From Pseudomonadota bacterium (GTDB lineage Bacteria; Pseudomonadota; Gammaproteobacteria; Steroidobacterales; Steroidobacteraceae), in the NCBI GenBank assembly GCA_021781775.1, contig JAJXWE010000001.1:1-39012 (forward strand): a stretch of DNA of 39,012 bases. The letters are read 5' to 3'. Numbering within the stretch: the stretch's first letter is position 1; every line of letters starts with the position of its first letter. This document shows positions 1 through 9,242 of the stretch, piece after piece. The notes below the pieces were generated by a model that did no database searches, had not been told where the DNA came from, and saw only the letters and a program-made list of their open reading frames with translations. The translations under genes and the position numbers were made by a program.

Positions 1-9
1 TCCCGCGGC

Positions 10-38
10 TTGACGGGTCCGGTACGGACCGGTCTAAT
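10..38 (+). promoter_or_regulatory. sigma70 promoter of tRNA-Phe
   Basis: TTGACG (10-15), 17-bp spacer, TCTAAT (33-38), then a GC-rich discriminator just before the tRNA. Confidence 0.8.
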
Positions 39-56
39 ACGCGGCCCACCTCCGGC

Positions 57-132
<76 letters not shown>

Positions 133-186
133 TCCCCCTCTTGTCCCCGCTTTGCTGCCCTCCCCTCCACTGCGCTGGAGTTTACG

Positions 187-331
187 TAAGTAATTGATCT
201 ACAAAGGACAATTGGCGAGATCAGCTCCTAAGTCACTGACGCCAGACGCTTGACAGCACGGCCAAGTTGGGGGCAACCTGCGGGGGCAAGTCGACGATTT
301 TGAGGCCCTGGGGGCAACTGCCCGGGGGCAG
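187..331. promoter_or_regulatory. att-site accessory sequences: IHF-like boxes and integrase arm-type repeats
   Basis: TAAGTAATTGAT (187-198; reverse ATCAATTACTTA fits the IHF core ATCAAnnnnTTR), weaker TAAGTCACTGAC (229-240), and four GGGGGCA repeats at 269, 282, 310 and 324 arranged as two pairs. Confidence 0.6.
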
Positions 332-371
332 CTGAAAACCGTCTTCCAGGGGTATCGGAGGAGCGGACATC

Positions 372-1667
372 ATGCCAATCACTCACGTCGCCATCGTCAA
401 TGCGAAGCCGCGCGAGAAGCCCTACCGGCTCTTCGACGGCCGCGGGCTCTACCTCGAGGTCTCCCCCTCCGGCGGCCGCTGGTGGCGCTTCAAGTACCGC
501 TTCCAGGGCAAAGAGAAGCGGATGTCGTTGGGGGTCTTCCCCGAGGTGAGCATCAAGGAAGCCCGCGAGACGCTGGATGATGTACGCCGGCAGCTGCGGG
601 CCGGCGTCGATCCGGTCGAGGAGAGCAAGAAAAGGAAGCAGGGTATAGCGGCGAGCGCGCCACCGGCCGGCGATTCATTCGAGGCGGTCGCGCGTGAGTG
701 GTTCGCCAAGCATTCGCCGGCGTGGGCGCCTGGCCATGGGGACAAGATCATCCGGCGCCTCGAACTCAATGTCTTCCCCTGGCTCGGCGCCAAGCCCATT
801 GCCGGCATCAAGCCCCTCGAGCTCCTCGGCGTCATCCAGCGCATTGAGCAGCGCGGCGCCAACGAGACGGCCCATCGCGCCCTTCAGAACTGCGGACGGG
901 TGTTCCGATACGCCGTGGCGACCGGTAGGGCGGAACGCGACATCACGCGCGACCTGATCGGCGCGCTCGCACCCGTGATCGAGCGACATCATGCGAGCAT
1001 CGTCGAACCCCAGGCGGTGGGGGCGTTGCTGCGAGACATCGATGGCTACGCTGGCTCCGTGGTCGTGCGCTGTGCACTACGGGTCGCGCCGCTCGTCTTC
1101 GTCCGGCCCGGTGAGCTCAGGATGGCAGAGTGGTCCGAGTTCAACCTCGATGAGGGGGAGTGGAGGATTCCGGCGGCGCGCATGAAGATGAGAGCGCCGC
1201 ACTTCGTTCCGCTGTCGACTCAGGCGGTGGAGATTCTGCGGGAGCTCCACCCGTTGACCGGCGACGGCCGGTATGTATTCCCGGGTGAGGCGAACCGCAG
1301 TCGGCCCATGAGCAACAACACGGTCAACGCCGCGCTCCGCAGGCTCGGCTACTCAAAGCGCGAGATGACCGGCCACGGCTTCCGGAGCATGGCCTCGACA
1401 CTGCTCAATGAGCAGGGTTGGCACCCGGACGCGATCGAGCGGCAGCTGGCGCACCAGGAGCAGAACGAGATCCGTGCGGCGTACAACTACGCCAAGCACC
1501 TGCCGGAGCGGCGAAAGATGATGCAGGCGTGGGCGGACTATTTGGATCTACTCAAACGCACCGACGTACAAAATCCAAAGAGGACGGTGCCGGACGGTAA
1601 GTCCCAGAACCCGCAGGTTTCCGATCGCCACCAAGGGAGATGTGAGCGAACGGTACGGCTCTCATGA
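372..1667 (+). CDS. P4-like tyrosine integrase with arm-binding N-domain
   Basis: N-terminal DGRGLYLEV...WRFKYR...KRMSLG arm domain; catalytic R (VRPGELR), K (RMKMR), H-x-x-R (HGFRSMAST), H (QLAH), Y (AAYN); adjacent to tRNA. Confidence 0.96.
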   Translation: MPITHVAIVNAKPREKPYRLFDGRGLYLEVSPSGGRWWRFKYRFQGKEKRMSLGVFPEVSIKEARETLDDVRRQLRAGVDPVEESKKRKQGIAASAPPAGDSFEAVAREWFAKHSPAWAPGHGDKIIRRLELNVFPWLGAKPIAGIKPLELLGVIQRIEQRGANETAHRALQNCGRVFRYAVATGRAERDITRDLIGALAPVIERHHASIVEPQAVGALLRDIDGYAGSVVVRCALRVAPLVFVRPGELRMAEWSEFNLDEGEWRIPAARMKMRAPHFVPLSTQAVEILRELHPLTGDGRYVFPGEANRSRPMSNNTVNAALRRLGYSKREMTGHGFRSMASTLLNEQGWHPDAIERQLAHQEQNEIRAAYNYAKHLPERRKMMQAWADYLDLLKRTDVQNPKRTVPDGKSQNPQVSDRHQGRCERTVRLS

Positions 1668-1818
1668 AAGATCCCGCAAAGAGCCCAACGTTTTCCGCGA
1701 CGTCCACGCAGTCTCAGGGAAGGGCGCGGTGGGGTCACGATAGAGTCCGAGGAAACTCATCGCTATCGACTGACCCTCGCGCAGCACCGTCGCCGAATAG
1801 TTTGAAACTGAAAGCCGT

Positions 1819-2646
1819 ATGGCCAGTCTGCGCGCGCTGCTGATCGATCTGGACGGGGTGGTTTACGAGGACGATCGCCTGGTGCCCGGTGCGCTTGAGG
1901 CGCTGAGCCGGCTTCGGGAGGAGTCAGTGCCTCATCTGTTCGTTACCAATACGTCCTCGAAGGCGCGAGGGGAATTGGCGACAAAGCTTGCCAATTTTGG
2001 GGTTGCGGCGGACGAGGAGCAGATCATCACGCCTACGGCAGCCGCCGCCGAGTGGATCATTCGCGAAGGCCATGAGCCGGCAGCATTGTTCCTGCAGTCA
2101 TCCGCACGGCGAGACTTCGCTGGCGTGCGCTCGCTGCCGTTTGACGCCGAAGTCGGGGCCGGGAGCGTCGTCATCGGGGATCTCTGTTCGGCCTGGACCT
2201 TCGCCGAACTCAATCGGGCATTCCGTCTGCTGATGGATAATCCCAGGGCACCGCTGGTCGCGCTCGGTCGTACGCGCTACTGGTTGGCCTCCGATGGTCT
2301 TCGTCTCGACGTGGGACCCTTCGTGGCCGCGCTTGAGGAAGCCTCGGGCCGTGCGGCGGTGGTGCTGGGCAAGCCAGCGCCGGAGTTCTTCGGGATCGCT
2401 CTTCAACAGCTTGGCATTTCCGCGGAAGAGGCGGCAATGGTGGGCGATGATATTCATACGGACGTCGGAGCCGCGCTGCGCATCGGCATGAAGGGTGTGC
2501 TGGTGCGTACCGGAAAATTCCGCAATTCCGATCTTGAAACACCGGTCAGCCCAGACGCGGTGTTGAAATCCATCGCGGAGCTGCCTCACTGGTGGCGCAT
2601 GCACAACTCTTATCCGCGTCCTGGCCAAAGGTCAAGGTTCCCGTAG
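1819..2646 (+). CDS. HAD-IIA hydrolase (LHPP/HDHD2-like phosphatase)
   Basis: Motif I DLDGVVY, motif II VTNTS, GKP lysine, motif IV VGDD...DV, LVRTGKF. Confidence 0.9.
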   Translation: MASLRALLIDLDGVVYEDDRLVPGALEALSRLREESVPHLFVTNTSSKARGELATKLANFGVAADEEQIITPTAAAAEWIIREGHEPAALFLQSSARRDFAGVRSLPFDAEVGAGSVVIGDLCSAWTFAELNRAFRLLMDNPRAPLVALGRTRYWLASDGLRLDVGPFVAALEEASGRAAVVLGKPAPEFFGIALQQLGISAEEAAMVGDDIHTDVGAALRIGMKGVLVRTGKFRNSDLETPVSPDAVLKSIAELPHWWRMHNSYPRPGQRSRFP

Positions 2647-2906
2647 AATGACTTCGGACGCTGACCGGACGCGAAGCGCGGCAAGTCCGACGGGAAAGGG
2701 GCGAGCCCGTAAGCGTTCTGCTTCGCAAAGTCCGCTCGGACACGGGCGTGCCGGATTCGTTGAGCTTGACAAGTCGCGAAGCGACCTAGCATTGTCTGTA
2801 GAGGGACTTCGCTGCTGCGTGTCACTGTCACTCCGGGCACAGCTTGCGTCCGATCCCGGGCAAGCGCATGGAGGATTTGATCAGCCCGCCGCACACGGCG
2901 CGATAG

Positions 2907-3929
2907 TCACGCCGAGGCGGGTGGCGGCAGCCGAATCGTCGCCAATGACGCGCACGATGCAAGTCCCTGATACCGTCGGTGAGCTTGCGAGGGTAGCTCA
3001 CCGAAAAGACCCCGGTAATCCCGGGAGAAGTATCCCAAGTGCCAGAAGCCGAAGTGCATGGCCGCATCCGTCACCGAAGGGGCCGCGCGCAGCATGCGGC
3101 GCGCCCCATCGAGGCGTACGGCGCGCAGGAACTCGTGCGGACTCGATCCCAGAGTATTCTCGAAGCAATACTGCAAGGTCCTGCGGCTGACCCCCACCAC
3201 TTTGCAGATCTCGGCGATCGATAACGGCTCGCATGAGCGGGCCTGGACTAGGTCGCGAACCCGCGCCACGATTTGCCAGCGCCGCCGCTCGCGTGCCGCC
3301 GACTCATGATCGAAGCGTGAGTCGAGCAGCAACCGCGCCACATTCGACAGGATACTCTTCCTGAGCGTAGCGCGCAGCGAGGGATCGCTCGCCAATCGCG
3401 CGGATCGGGTCGCCAAGTCCGTAACTGCCACGACGAACTGTCGCATTGCATTACAGCTCGCCTCGCCCACTCCGGCAACGTGCGCCCTTGAAAGCGCCGG
3501 GACGAGCCGGTCCCGATCCTCGCCACCGAGCAGATCCAGAAGCGCATCGCGCGGAACGGCAATACCGCTCATTATCAGTCCTGGTGGCGAACGGAATTCA
3601 AAACCGTCCCGTCCCGAAAACACGAATACTGCTGCTTGGGGCACCCTGGTCCCACAGAACACGGCAGGTGCGGTCATCCTCAGCGGTAGACCCACCGCGA
3701 TTACGTCCTGTCCGAGCATTCCTCCCTGCAGGAGTGATTGGCTGGTGGACTCTATGAACAGACGGATCTCGTCGAGACAGCTCTCCGTCAGTGTGCCGGC
3801 GAACCGACCCGGCGAGAGTTGCAGGTAGCTTTGGTTCCAACCAGTTAGCAGCGCCGCCTGCTCGTCGGCGTCGCTGCTGTTCGCCGTCCGCAGCGTGAAA
3901 TCCCCGGTTAGCTCTTGAGGCTGCGACAT
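2907..3929 (-). CDS. AraC-family activator, EutR-like
   Basis: N-terminal DADEQAALLTGWNQSYLQLSPGRFAG typical of EutR-type sensor domains; C-terminal dual HTH VSRRTLQYCF...AMHFGFWHLGYFSRDYRGLFGELPS. Confidence 0.88.
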   Translation of the reverse strand: MSQPQELTGDFTLRTANSSDADEQAALLTGWNQSYLQLSPGRFAGTLTESCLDEIRLFIESTSQSLLQGGMLGQDVIAVGLPLRMTAPAVFCGTRVPQAAVFVFSGRDGFEFRSPPGLIMSGIAVPRDALLDLLGGEDRDRLVPALSRAHVAGVGEASCNAMRQFVVAVTDLATRSARLASDPSLRATLRKSILSNVARLLLDSRFDHESAARERRRWQIVARVRDLVQARSCEPLSIAEICKVVGVSRRTLQYCFENTLGSSPHEFLRAVRLDGARRMLRAAPSVTDAAMHFGFWHLGYFSRDYRGLFGELPSQAHRRYQGLASCASLATIRLPPPASA

Positions 3930-4169
3930 TTGACTGAAAGCCGTTCACGGAATTCCCGTACCCCCGGGGTGTCTAACCGTGCAGCCATCTGTAGTCTGGG
4001 CCATCGGCGGCGTGAGATCAAGAAGCGCCCACCGAGAGACGTTAGCGGACATCGGATATGAATCGACGCGACATTACGCAAATTGGACAAGTAGATCTGG
4101 ATGCTTGCGGTAAGGAAAGCACGTCCTATGATCGCAAAGTCCAGCATAGGCAATGCAGTGGCCCCCGAA

Positions 4170-5516
4170 CTACTCGCAGCGATCCGCAATGGATAGCCTC
4201 CGGTTCTCTGGCCCAGAGGAGGCTCGCGGTTCCACCTGAATGGCTTCAAGACCATGACCGCGGGGACTGGATTCGCGCCGCCAGAGCAGCACCACTGAGA
4301 CGAACGCAACGGAGCTCAATATGCCAAAGTACCACAGCATTGCGTCATAGCCGCTTGGATGTGCAGGTCCAGCATGCGCACGGTCGGCGATCCATCCGGC
4401 GGTGATGTTGCTCAGCGCAAGACACAGGTTGAGCATCATGTCGGTGAAGCCGAAGGCGGTGCCGAGCCGGCGAGGCTCCACCAGCATGGCGGTCGCCGGC
4501 CAGATGATCGCGGGCACGACCGAGAAGCTGATTCCCATGAGCGCCGTCGAGATCCACAGGCTCCAGTGGGTGGTGCCGAGAATCAGGAACACCAGGGGCA
4601 TCAGCAGCGCTCCGATCACCATCATGAGCGAGCGGCGACCGAACCGGTCGGCAAGGTAACCAAACACCGGGGTGGCGAAGATGGCCGCGAAGAACACCCA
4701 GCTGTTGGTGAGCCCGGCCTGCTGCAGCGTTAGGTCCTTTGCATCCTGGAAGTACTCGATCGCAAAGGTGCTGCGGAACGGGAAGAACACCGACGCGAAC
4801 AGTACATTGAGACCCAGGATGTACCAGAAGGACAGATCGAAGCTCAGCAGGTCCGACCAGCGCAGGTACTTGGCGGGCGCCACGGGTGCGAGCCGTCCGG
4901 CCCTTCGCGCGGAACGGTCGACCAGACGGTAGATCTGCGCCGCGACGAAGCTCACCGCGGTCAGCAACGTTGCGAGCCAGAGCGGGGACTGCCAGCCGTG
5001 CAGATAGACAGCATGCGCCCAGTCCGGCGAGGTATCGGCGGCGTAGGAGCCGATCCTGGCACAGCTGAAGAACAGCGCCATGGCCAGCGCCGCCTGCTTC
5101 CCGGAGAACCACTGGGCGACGCCGGCCAGCAAGGCGACGAACAGGGTCTCCTCCGCGATTCCGAATATCATCCGTCCGAGCACCATGACCGCGTAGGGTT
5201 TGCCAACGGCGGTCAGCGCCGCTCCTCCAAGACACAGCGCCGCCGTCCAGGCCGCGACCCGGGCCGGTCCCAGGCGATCGATCAGTATGCCGCCCAGCAG
5301 CACCGTGATGGCATTCGGCAGGCTGAGCATCGCATTGAGAAACCCGATCTGCGCTTGGCTGAAGCCGCGCTCGGTGTGCAGGAGACTCGCGATCGGAGCG
5401 ATGGCATCGAATTCGTAGTAGCAGCCCGCGATCGCCAGGCTGATGAGAGCCAGCACTCCCCAGCGGGAAAGGGGGCGTTCGGCGAACGGATCGGACGTTT
5501 CCGCCGCGGCGCTCAA
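4170..5516 (-). CDS. MFS transporter, MFSD1-like
   Basis: About 12 hydrophobic segments, MFS motifs GILIDRLG and GYLADRFGRR; YYEFD...SLPN...LGGILID resembles MFSD1; TTG start overlaps the upstream stop. Confidence 0.85.
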   Translation of the reverse strand: MSAAAETSDPFAERPLSRWGVLALISLAIAGCYYEFDAIAPIASLLHTERGFSQAQIGFLNAMLSLPNAITVLLGGILIDRLGPARVAAWTAALCLGGAALTAVGKPYAVMVLGRMIFGIAEETLFVALLAGVAQWFSGKQAALAMALFFSCARIGSYAADTSPDWAHAVYLHGWQSPLWLATLLTAVSFVAAQIYRLVDRSARRAGRLAPVAPAKYLRWSDLLSFDLSFWYILGLNVLFASVFFPFRSTFAIEYFQDAKDLTLQQAGLTNSWVFFAAIFATPVFGYLADRFGRRSLMMVIGALLMPLVFLILGTTHWSLWISTALMGISFSVVPAIIWPATAMLVEPRRLGTAFGFTDMMLNLCLALSNITAGWIADRAHAGPAHPSGYDAMLWYFGILSSVAFVSVVLLWRRESSPRGHGLEAIQVEPRASSGPENRRLSIADRCE

Positions 5517-6880
5517 CGGATGCGAGCCCCCTGGCGCATCAGTTCCTTCTGCACTTCACCGACGTCGAGTCGATCAAAGGATTGGCCGGAGCGCACCGAG
5601 ATCGCCGCCGCAGCACCCGCGCCCTGGCCGCTCACAGCGCAGCACATCATGTTTCGCACGGCGGCATGCGAGATCCGATCGCCGCCGATCGAACGTCCAG
5701 CCACCAGCAGGTGTCCGACACCCTTCGGCACCAGCGCGCGGTACGGCACGTGGAAGTAGCGCCCCGTGGTCGGCAGGATCAGCACTCCATAGCCGTCGAT
5801 GAACTCCGGGAAAATGCCGATGGCATCGCCGAAGCGGGCCTCTCCACGCACGTCCTCTCCGGTCATGTTGTAGAGCGCATCGATCTTGCGTGTGTCGCGC
5901 ACTCCGAGCGTCATGCCGAAGTTGCGCAGCTTCGCCTGCTCGCAGCCGGGCATGAAGTGCTTGAGCGCCTCGATGGCATGGATCGCCTGGCGCCGCCCTT
6001 CGATCTCGGCGGCCGTGAGATCGTTGGCGTCCGTACCGTCGACGTTCGCCAGATGAATGATGTTCAGATAGGTCAGGTCCCCCTGGTCGGTGACGCTGCC
6101 CCAAGTCCCCGCGAGCGTGCTCAGCTTCGCCGGGATCAGCCCCGCTTCCACGGCGCGCTTGAACGGCTTGCGCAGGAATGGGGAAAACAGCTCGTCTTCC
6201 TTGCCGCTCGTCTCAATGTCCCATTCGCTGTTGCCGGCCCAGTCGCGATAGGTCTGCGGATCGGCCTTGACCTGCTCGAGAAAGCGGACCTTGTTTACAC
6301 CGGCCATGGAGAACATGACCGAGGCGGCCATCATCTGCTCACGCGGGCTTTTGTGCACTGCGGCCCCAGCGCGGGCCGCCACATCCGCATCCCCAGTCGC
6401 ATCGATCACGCGCTTGGCCAGCAACGCTTCGCGCCCGGACTTGCTTTCCGTTATGACGCCGCGGATCAGGCCATCCTCCACGATCGGCGCCACGCAAAGC
6501 CGATGCAGAAACGGCGTGATGCCGGCTTCTTCGATCAGCACGTCCGCGACGTACTTGAACATCTCGGCATCCAGGGCATGACTGTCGGACTGAGGCTCGG
6601 GAGTGGCCGCTCCCATGGCCTTCGCCCGCTGCTCGAGCTCGATGCCGATTCCTTCGCAGTCCACGGTCTGCTGGTGGCGGTACCAGGCGAAGCCTTCTAC
6701 GCCGACCTGGGTGATGTTGCCGCCGAAGCAGCCGTAACGGTCAAGGAGCGCAGTGCGCGCCCCGGCACGGGCGGCGGCCAACGCCGCCGAGAGGCCGCCA
6801 GGGCCGCTGCCGATCACCAGAACCTCTGTCTCGTGAATCACATCGACACTGCGGGCGGGCTCGGGAATTTGCTTAGGCAT
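5513..6880 (-). CDS. FAD-dependent oxidoreductase (FAD_oxidored/PF12831-like)
   Basis: VLVIGSGPGGLSAA Rossmann motif, VIDATGDAD, GVRDTRKI, VPYRALVP...LLVAGR, GQGAGAAAA. Confidence 0.88.
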   Translation of the reverse strand: MPKQIPEPARSVDVIHETEVLVIGSGPGGLSAALAAARAGARTALLDRYGCFGGNITQVGVEGFAWYRHQQTVDCEGIGIELEQRAKAMGAATPEPQSDSHALDAEMFKYVADVLIEEAGITPFLHRLCVAPIVEDGLIRGVITESKSGREALLAKRVIDATGDADVAARAGAAVHKSPREQMMAASVMFSMAGVNKVRFLEQVKADPQTYRDWAGNSEWDIETSGKEDELFSPFLRKPFKRAVEAGLIPAKLSTLAGTWGSVTDQGDLTYLNIIHLANVDGTDANDLTAAEIEGRRQAIHAIEALKHFMPGCEQAKLRNFGMTLGVRDTRKIDALYNMTGEDVRGEARFGDAIGIFPEFIDGYGVLILPTTGRYFHVPYRALVPKGVGHLLVAGRSIGGDRISHAAVRNMMCCAVSGQGAGAAAAISVRSGQSFDRLDVGEVQKELMRQGARIR

Positions 6881-6927
6881 AGGGTGGTAGTGTGGATTAT
6901 CGGTTGATGGATTCGAAGACCGGCGGA

Positions 6928-8541
6928 TCAGGTTGCCGCCTCTTCCGGCAGTGCTTCGTACAGCGGCAACGTTAGGAACTCGGTGAAGTCCGGCTCGAGA
7001 CTCAGACGTTCGAATATGCGCGCCGCTTGCATATAAGTCCCGGTCGGTGCACCTGTGGCCTCAATCACAGACTCGACTCGCCGCAGCTCCTCGGGGACGA
7101 GAGCGCGCACCAGGCTTGCGTCCACCTTGCGGCCGTCGTCGAGCACTCCCTTGGGGCTGTGCACCCACTGCCAGACCTGCGAGCGGGCGATCTCGGCGGT
7201 CGCTGCATCCTCCATGAGATTATGGATCGGCACGCAACCGGTGCCGGCCAGCCAGCTGCCGATGTAATGGATCGTCACGTTGATGTCGTTGCGCAGCCCC
7301 GCCTCGGTGATTGGCCGCTCGGGCCGGAAATCCAGCAGGTCCGCCGTGGCGCACCGCCCTTCGGGCACACGTTCACGCTGGTGCGGGCGCGTGCCGAGCA
7401 CCTTGACGAACTCATCGAGCGCAAGCGGCACCAGGCCCGGATGGGCCACCCAGCTGCCGTCGAATCCGTCGCGCGCGTCGCGCGCCTTGTCGTGGCGTAC
7501 GCCAGCAAGTGCCCGCTCATTGGCGGCCGGATCGTTCTTGATTGGAATGAGCGCGCTCATGCCACCGATCGCGGGCGCCCCGCGGCGGTGGCAGGCCCTG
7601 ACCAGCTCGAGCGCATAGGCGCGCATGAACGGCGCCTCCATCGTCACCTGGCCGCGGTCGGCCAGACAGAAATCCCGCCGCCTGCTGAATTTCTTGATGG
7701 CACTGAAGATATAGTCCCAGCGCCCGGCATTCAGCCCGGCGGAGTGTTCCCGCAGCTCGTAGAGGATTTCGTCCATTTCGAACGCGGCGAGCACCGTCTC
7801 GATCAGCACCGTGGCCTTGATGGTGCCCGAGGGCACCCCAAGTGCGGCTTGCGCGGCGAGGAACACCTCGTTCCACAGGCGCGCTTCCCGATGGTTCTCG
7901 AGCTTCGGCAGGTAGAAATACGGTCCCGCGCCCCGCGCGAGCTGTTCATGTGCGTTGTGAAAGAAGGCGAGCGCGAAGTCGAACAGCGCGGCAGAGACCC
8001 TCTGGCCGTCGATCGTCACGTGGCGCTCGTCCAGATGCCAGCCGCGCGGGCGGATCTGCAGTGTTGCGACTGCCTGATTCAGATGGTAATTCTTCGTGCC
8101 GCTCTCGAAGGTGATCACGCGCCGCACCGCGTCCTTGAGATTGATCTGCCCCTGCACCTGATTGCGCCAGCTCGGCGTGCTGGAGTCCTCGAAGTCGGCC
8201 ATGTACGAATCAGCTCCCGAGTTCAGCGCATTGATCATCATCTTGCGCTCCACGGGACCGGTGATCTCCACGCGCCGCCGCTCGAGCGCCGCCGGCAGCG
8301 GCGCGATGCGCCAGTCGCTTTCGCGGATCGCATGCGCCTCGGGGAGAAAATCCGGCAGCTCGCCGGCATCGATACGCTGCTGGCGACTCACGCGTGCGGC
8401 AAGAAGTTCGCGCCGCCGCGGCTCGAAGCGCCGGTGCAGCTTGGCGAGAAACGCCAACGCTTCGTGACTCAATATCTCATCGAATCGCGGCTCAAGCGGC
8501 CCTTCGATGCGCATACCATCGGGAATTTTTCTATTGGTCAT
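6928..8541 (-). CDS. aceB: malate synthase A
   Basis: RRVEITGP, ADFEDS, RPRGWHL, YLPKLE, LIET, GLNAGRWDYIFS, GSWVAHP, NLMEDAATAEIARSQVWQW; GAGG RBS. Confidence 0.97.
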   Translation of the reverse strand: MTNRKIPDGMRIEGPLEPRFDEILSHEALAFLAKLHRRFEPRRRELLAARVSRQQRIDAGELPDFLPEAHAIRESDWRIAPLPAALERRRVEITGPVERKMMINALNSGADSYMADFEDSSTPSWRNQVQGQINLKDAVRRVITFESGTKNYHLNQAVATLQIRPRGWHLDERHVTIDGQRVSAALFDFALAFFHNAHEQLARGAGPYFYLPKLENHREARLWNEVFLAAQAALGVPSGTIKATVLIETVLAAFEMDEILYELREHSAGLNAGRWDYIFSAIKKFSRRRDFCLADRGQVTMEAPFMRAYALELVRACHRRGAPAIGGMSALIPIKNDPAANERALAGVRHDKARDARDGFDGSWVAHPGLVPLALDEFVKVLGTRPHQRERVPEGRCATADLLDFRPERPITEAGLRNDINVTIHYIGSWLAGTGCVPIHNLMEDAATAEIARSQVWQWVHSPKGVLDDGRKVDASLVRALVPEELRRVESVIEATGAPTGTYMQAARIFERLSLEPDFTEFLTLPLYEALPEEAAT

Positions 8542-8708
8542 TGAACCTCAATTTTGCCGTGCTCCAATCCGCATGCTGAACGAAATATAAAGCGCGGTCC
8601 CCTTAGGCACGGGAATACGAATGAGAGAGCGTTCCAAGTGGCTCTGGACGCCCGATGCCTCTTTATGAGCTGCCGCGACCAAGGATGGTCCGCTTCGCGA
8701 GTCAGAGG

Positions 8709-8725
8709 CTATCCGATTTTGGCAA
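8709..8725 (-). promoter_or_regulatory. 17-bp operator TTGCCAAAATCGGATAG facing the aceB operon
   Basis: Exact inverted copy of 8977-8993; -10-like CATCCT 21 nt downstream on the minus strand (8682-8687). Confidence 0.7.
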
Positions 8726-8976
8726 GGATCGTCTCTTCCCTTGAAAATCAATCAATTGCGGCCGAAGAATGCCGCACGGAAGCTCCGGAGGAATCATCTC
8801 AGTCACGGATAAAGAAGCGTTAAGCGCACATGCAAAGCAAGGATCATTGAGGACGAAACGTCCCTTCCCCATATTCCTAACGTCTCCACCGCACCGGCCA
8901 GCCAGCCAGTACACGCTGGGCATGGAGTCTCTTGCCCGTGGACGCGGCGGAATTTCATTCCGTGACCCGAGGCGGT

Positions 8977-8993
8977 TTGCCAAAATCGGATAG
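8977..8993 (+). promoter_or_regulatory. 17-bp operator TTGCCAAAATCGGATAG facing the TonB receptor operon
   Basis: Exact inverted copy of 8709-8725; -10-like CATGCT 20 nt downstream (9014-9019). Confidence 0.7.
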
Positions 8994-9242
8994 ACCGCAG
9001 GAGCGGGGCGAACCATGCTGGCGCCCGACGCACCATGCTGAAGCAACAGCTCGCTGCCGGTTTGCATGAAGGGGGCTGTCACGTCGGTATACACCGGCGT
9101 GGGACGAAGAATCGGCCGCCCATGCTCCGGGCGCAAAAATGAGTACGACGTGGAGTCCCTTCCTGTTCACGCAAAACAGCACAGCGGCAGTTCCGGGAGG
9201 GAGACCCAATGTCATCAAACATACATCCGGGGGAGAGTTGTC

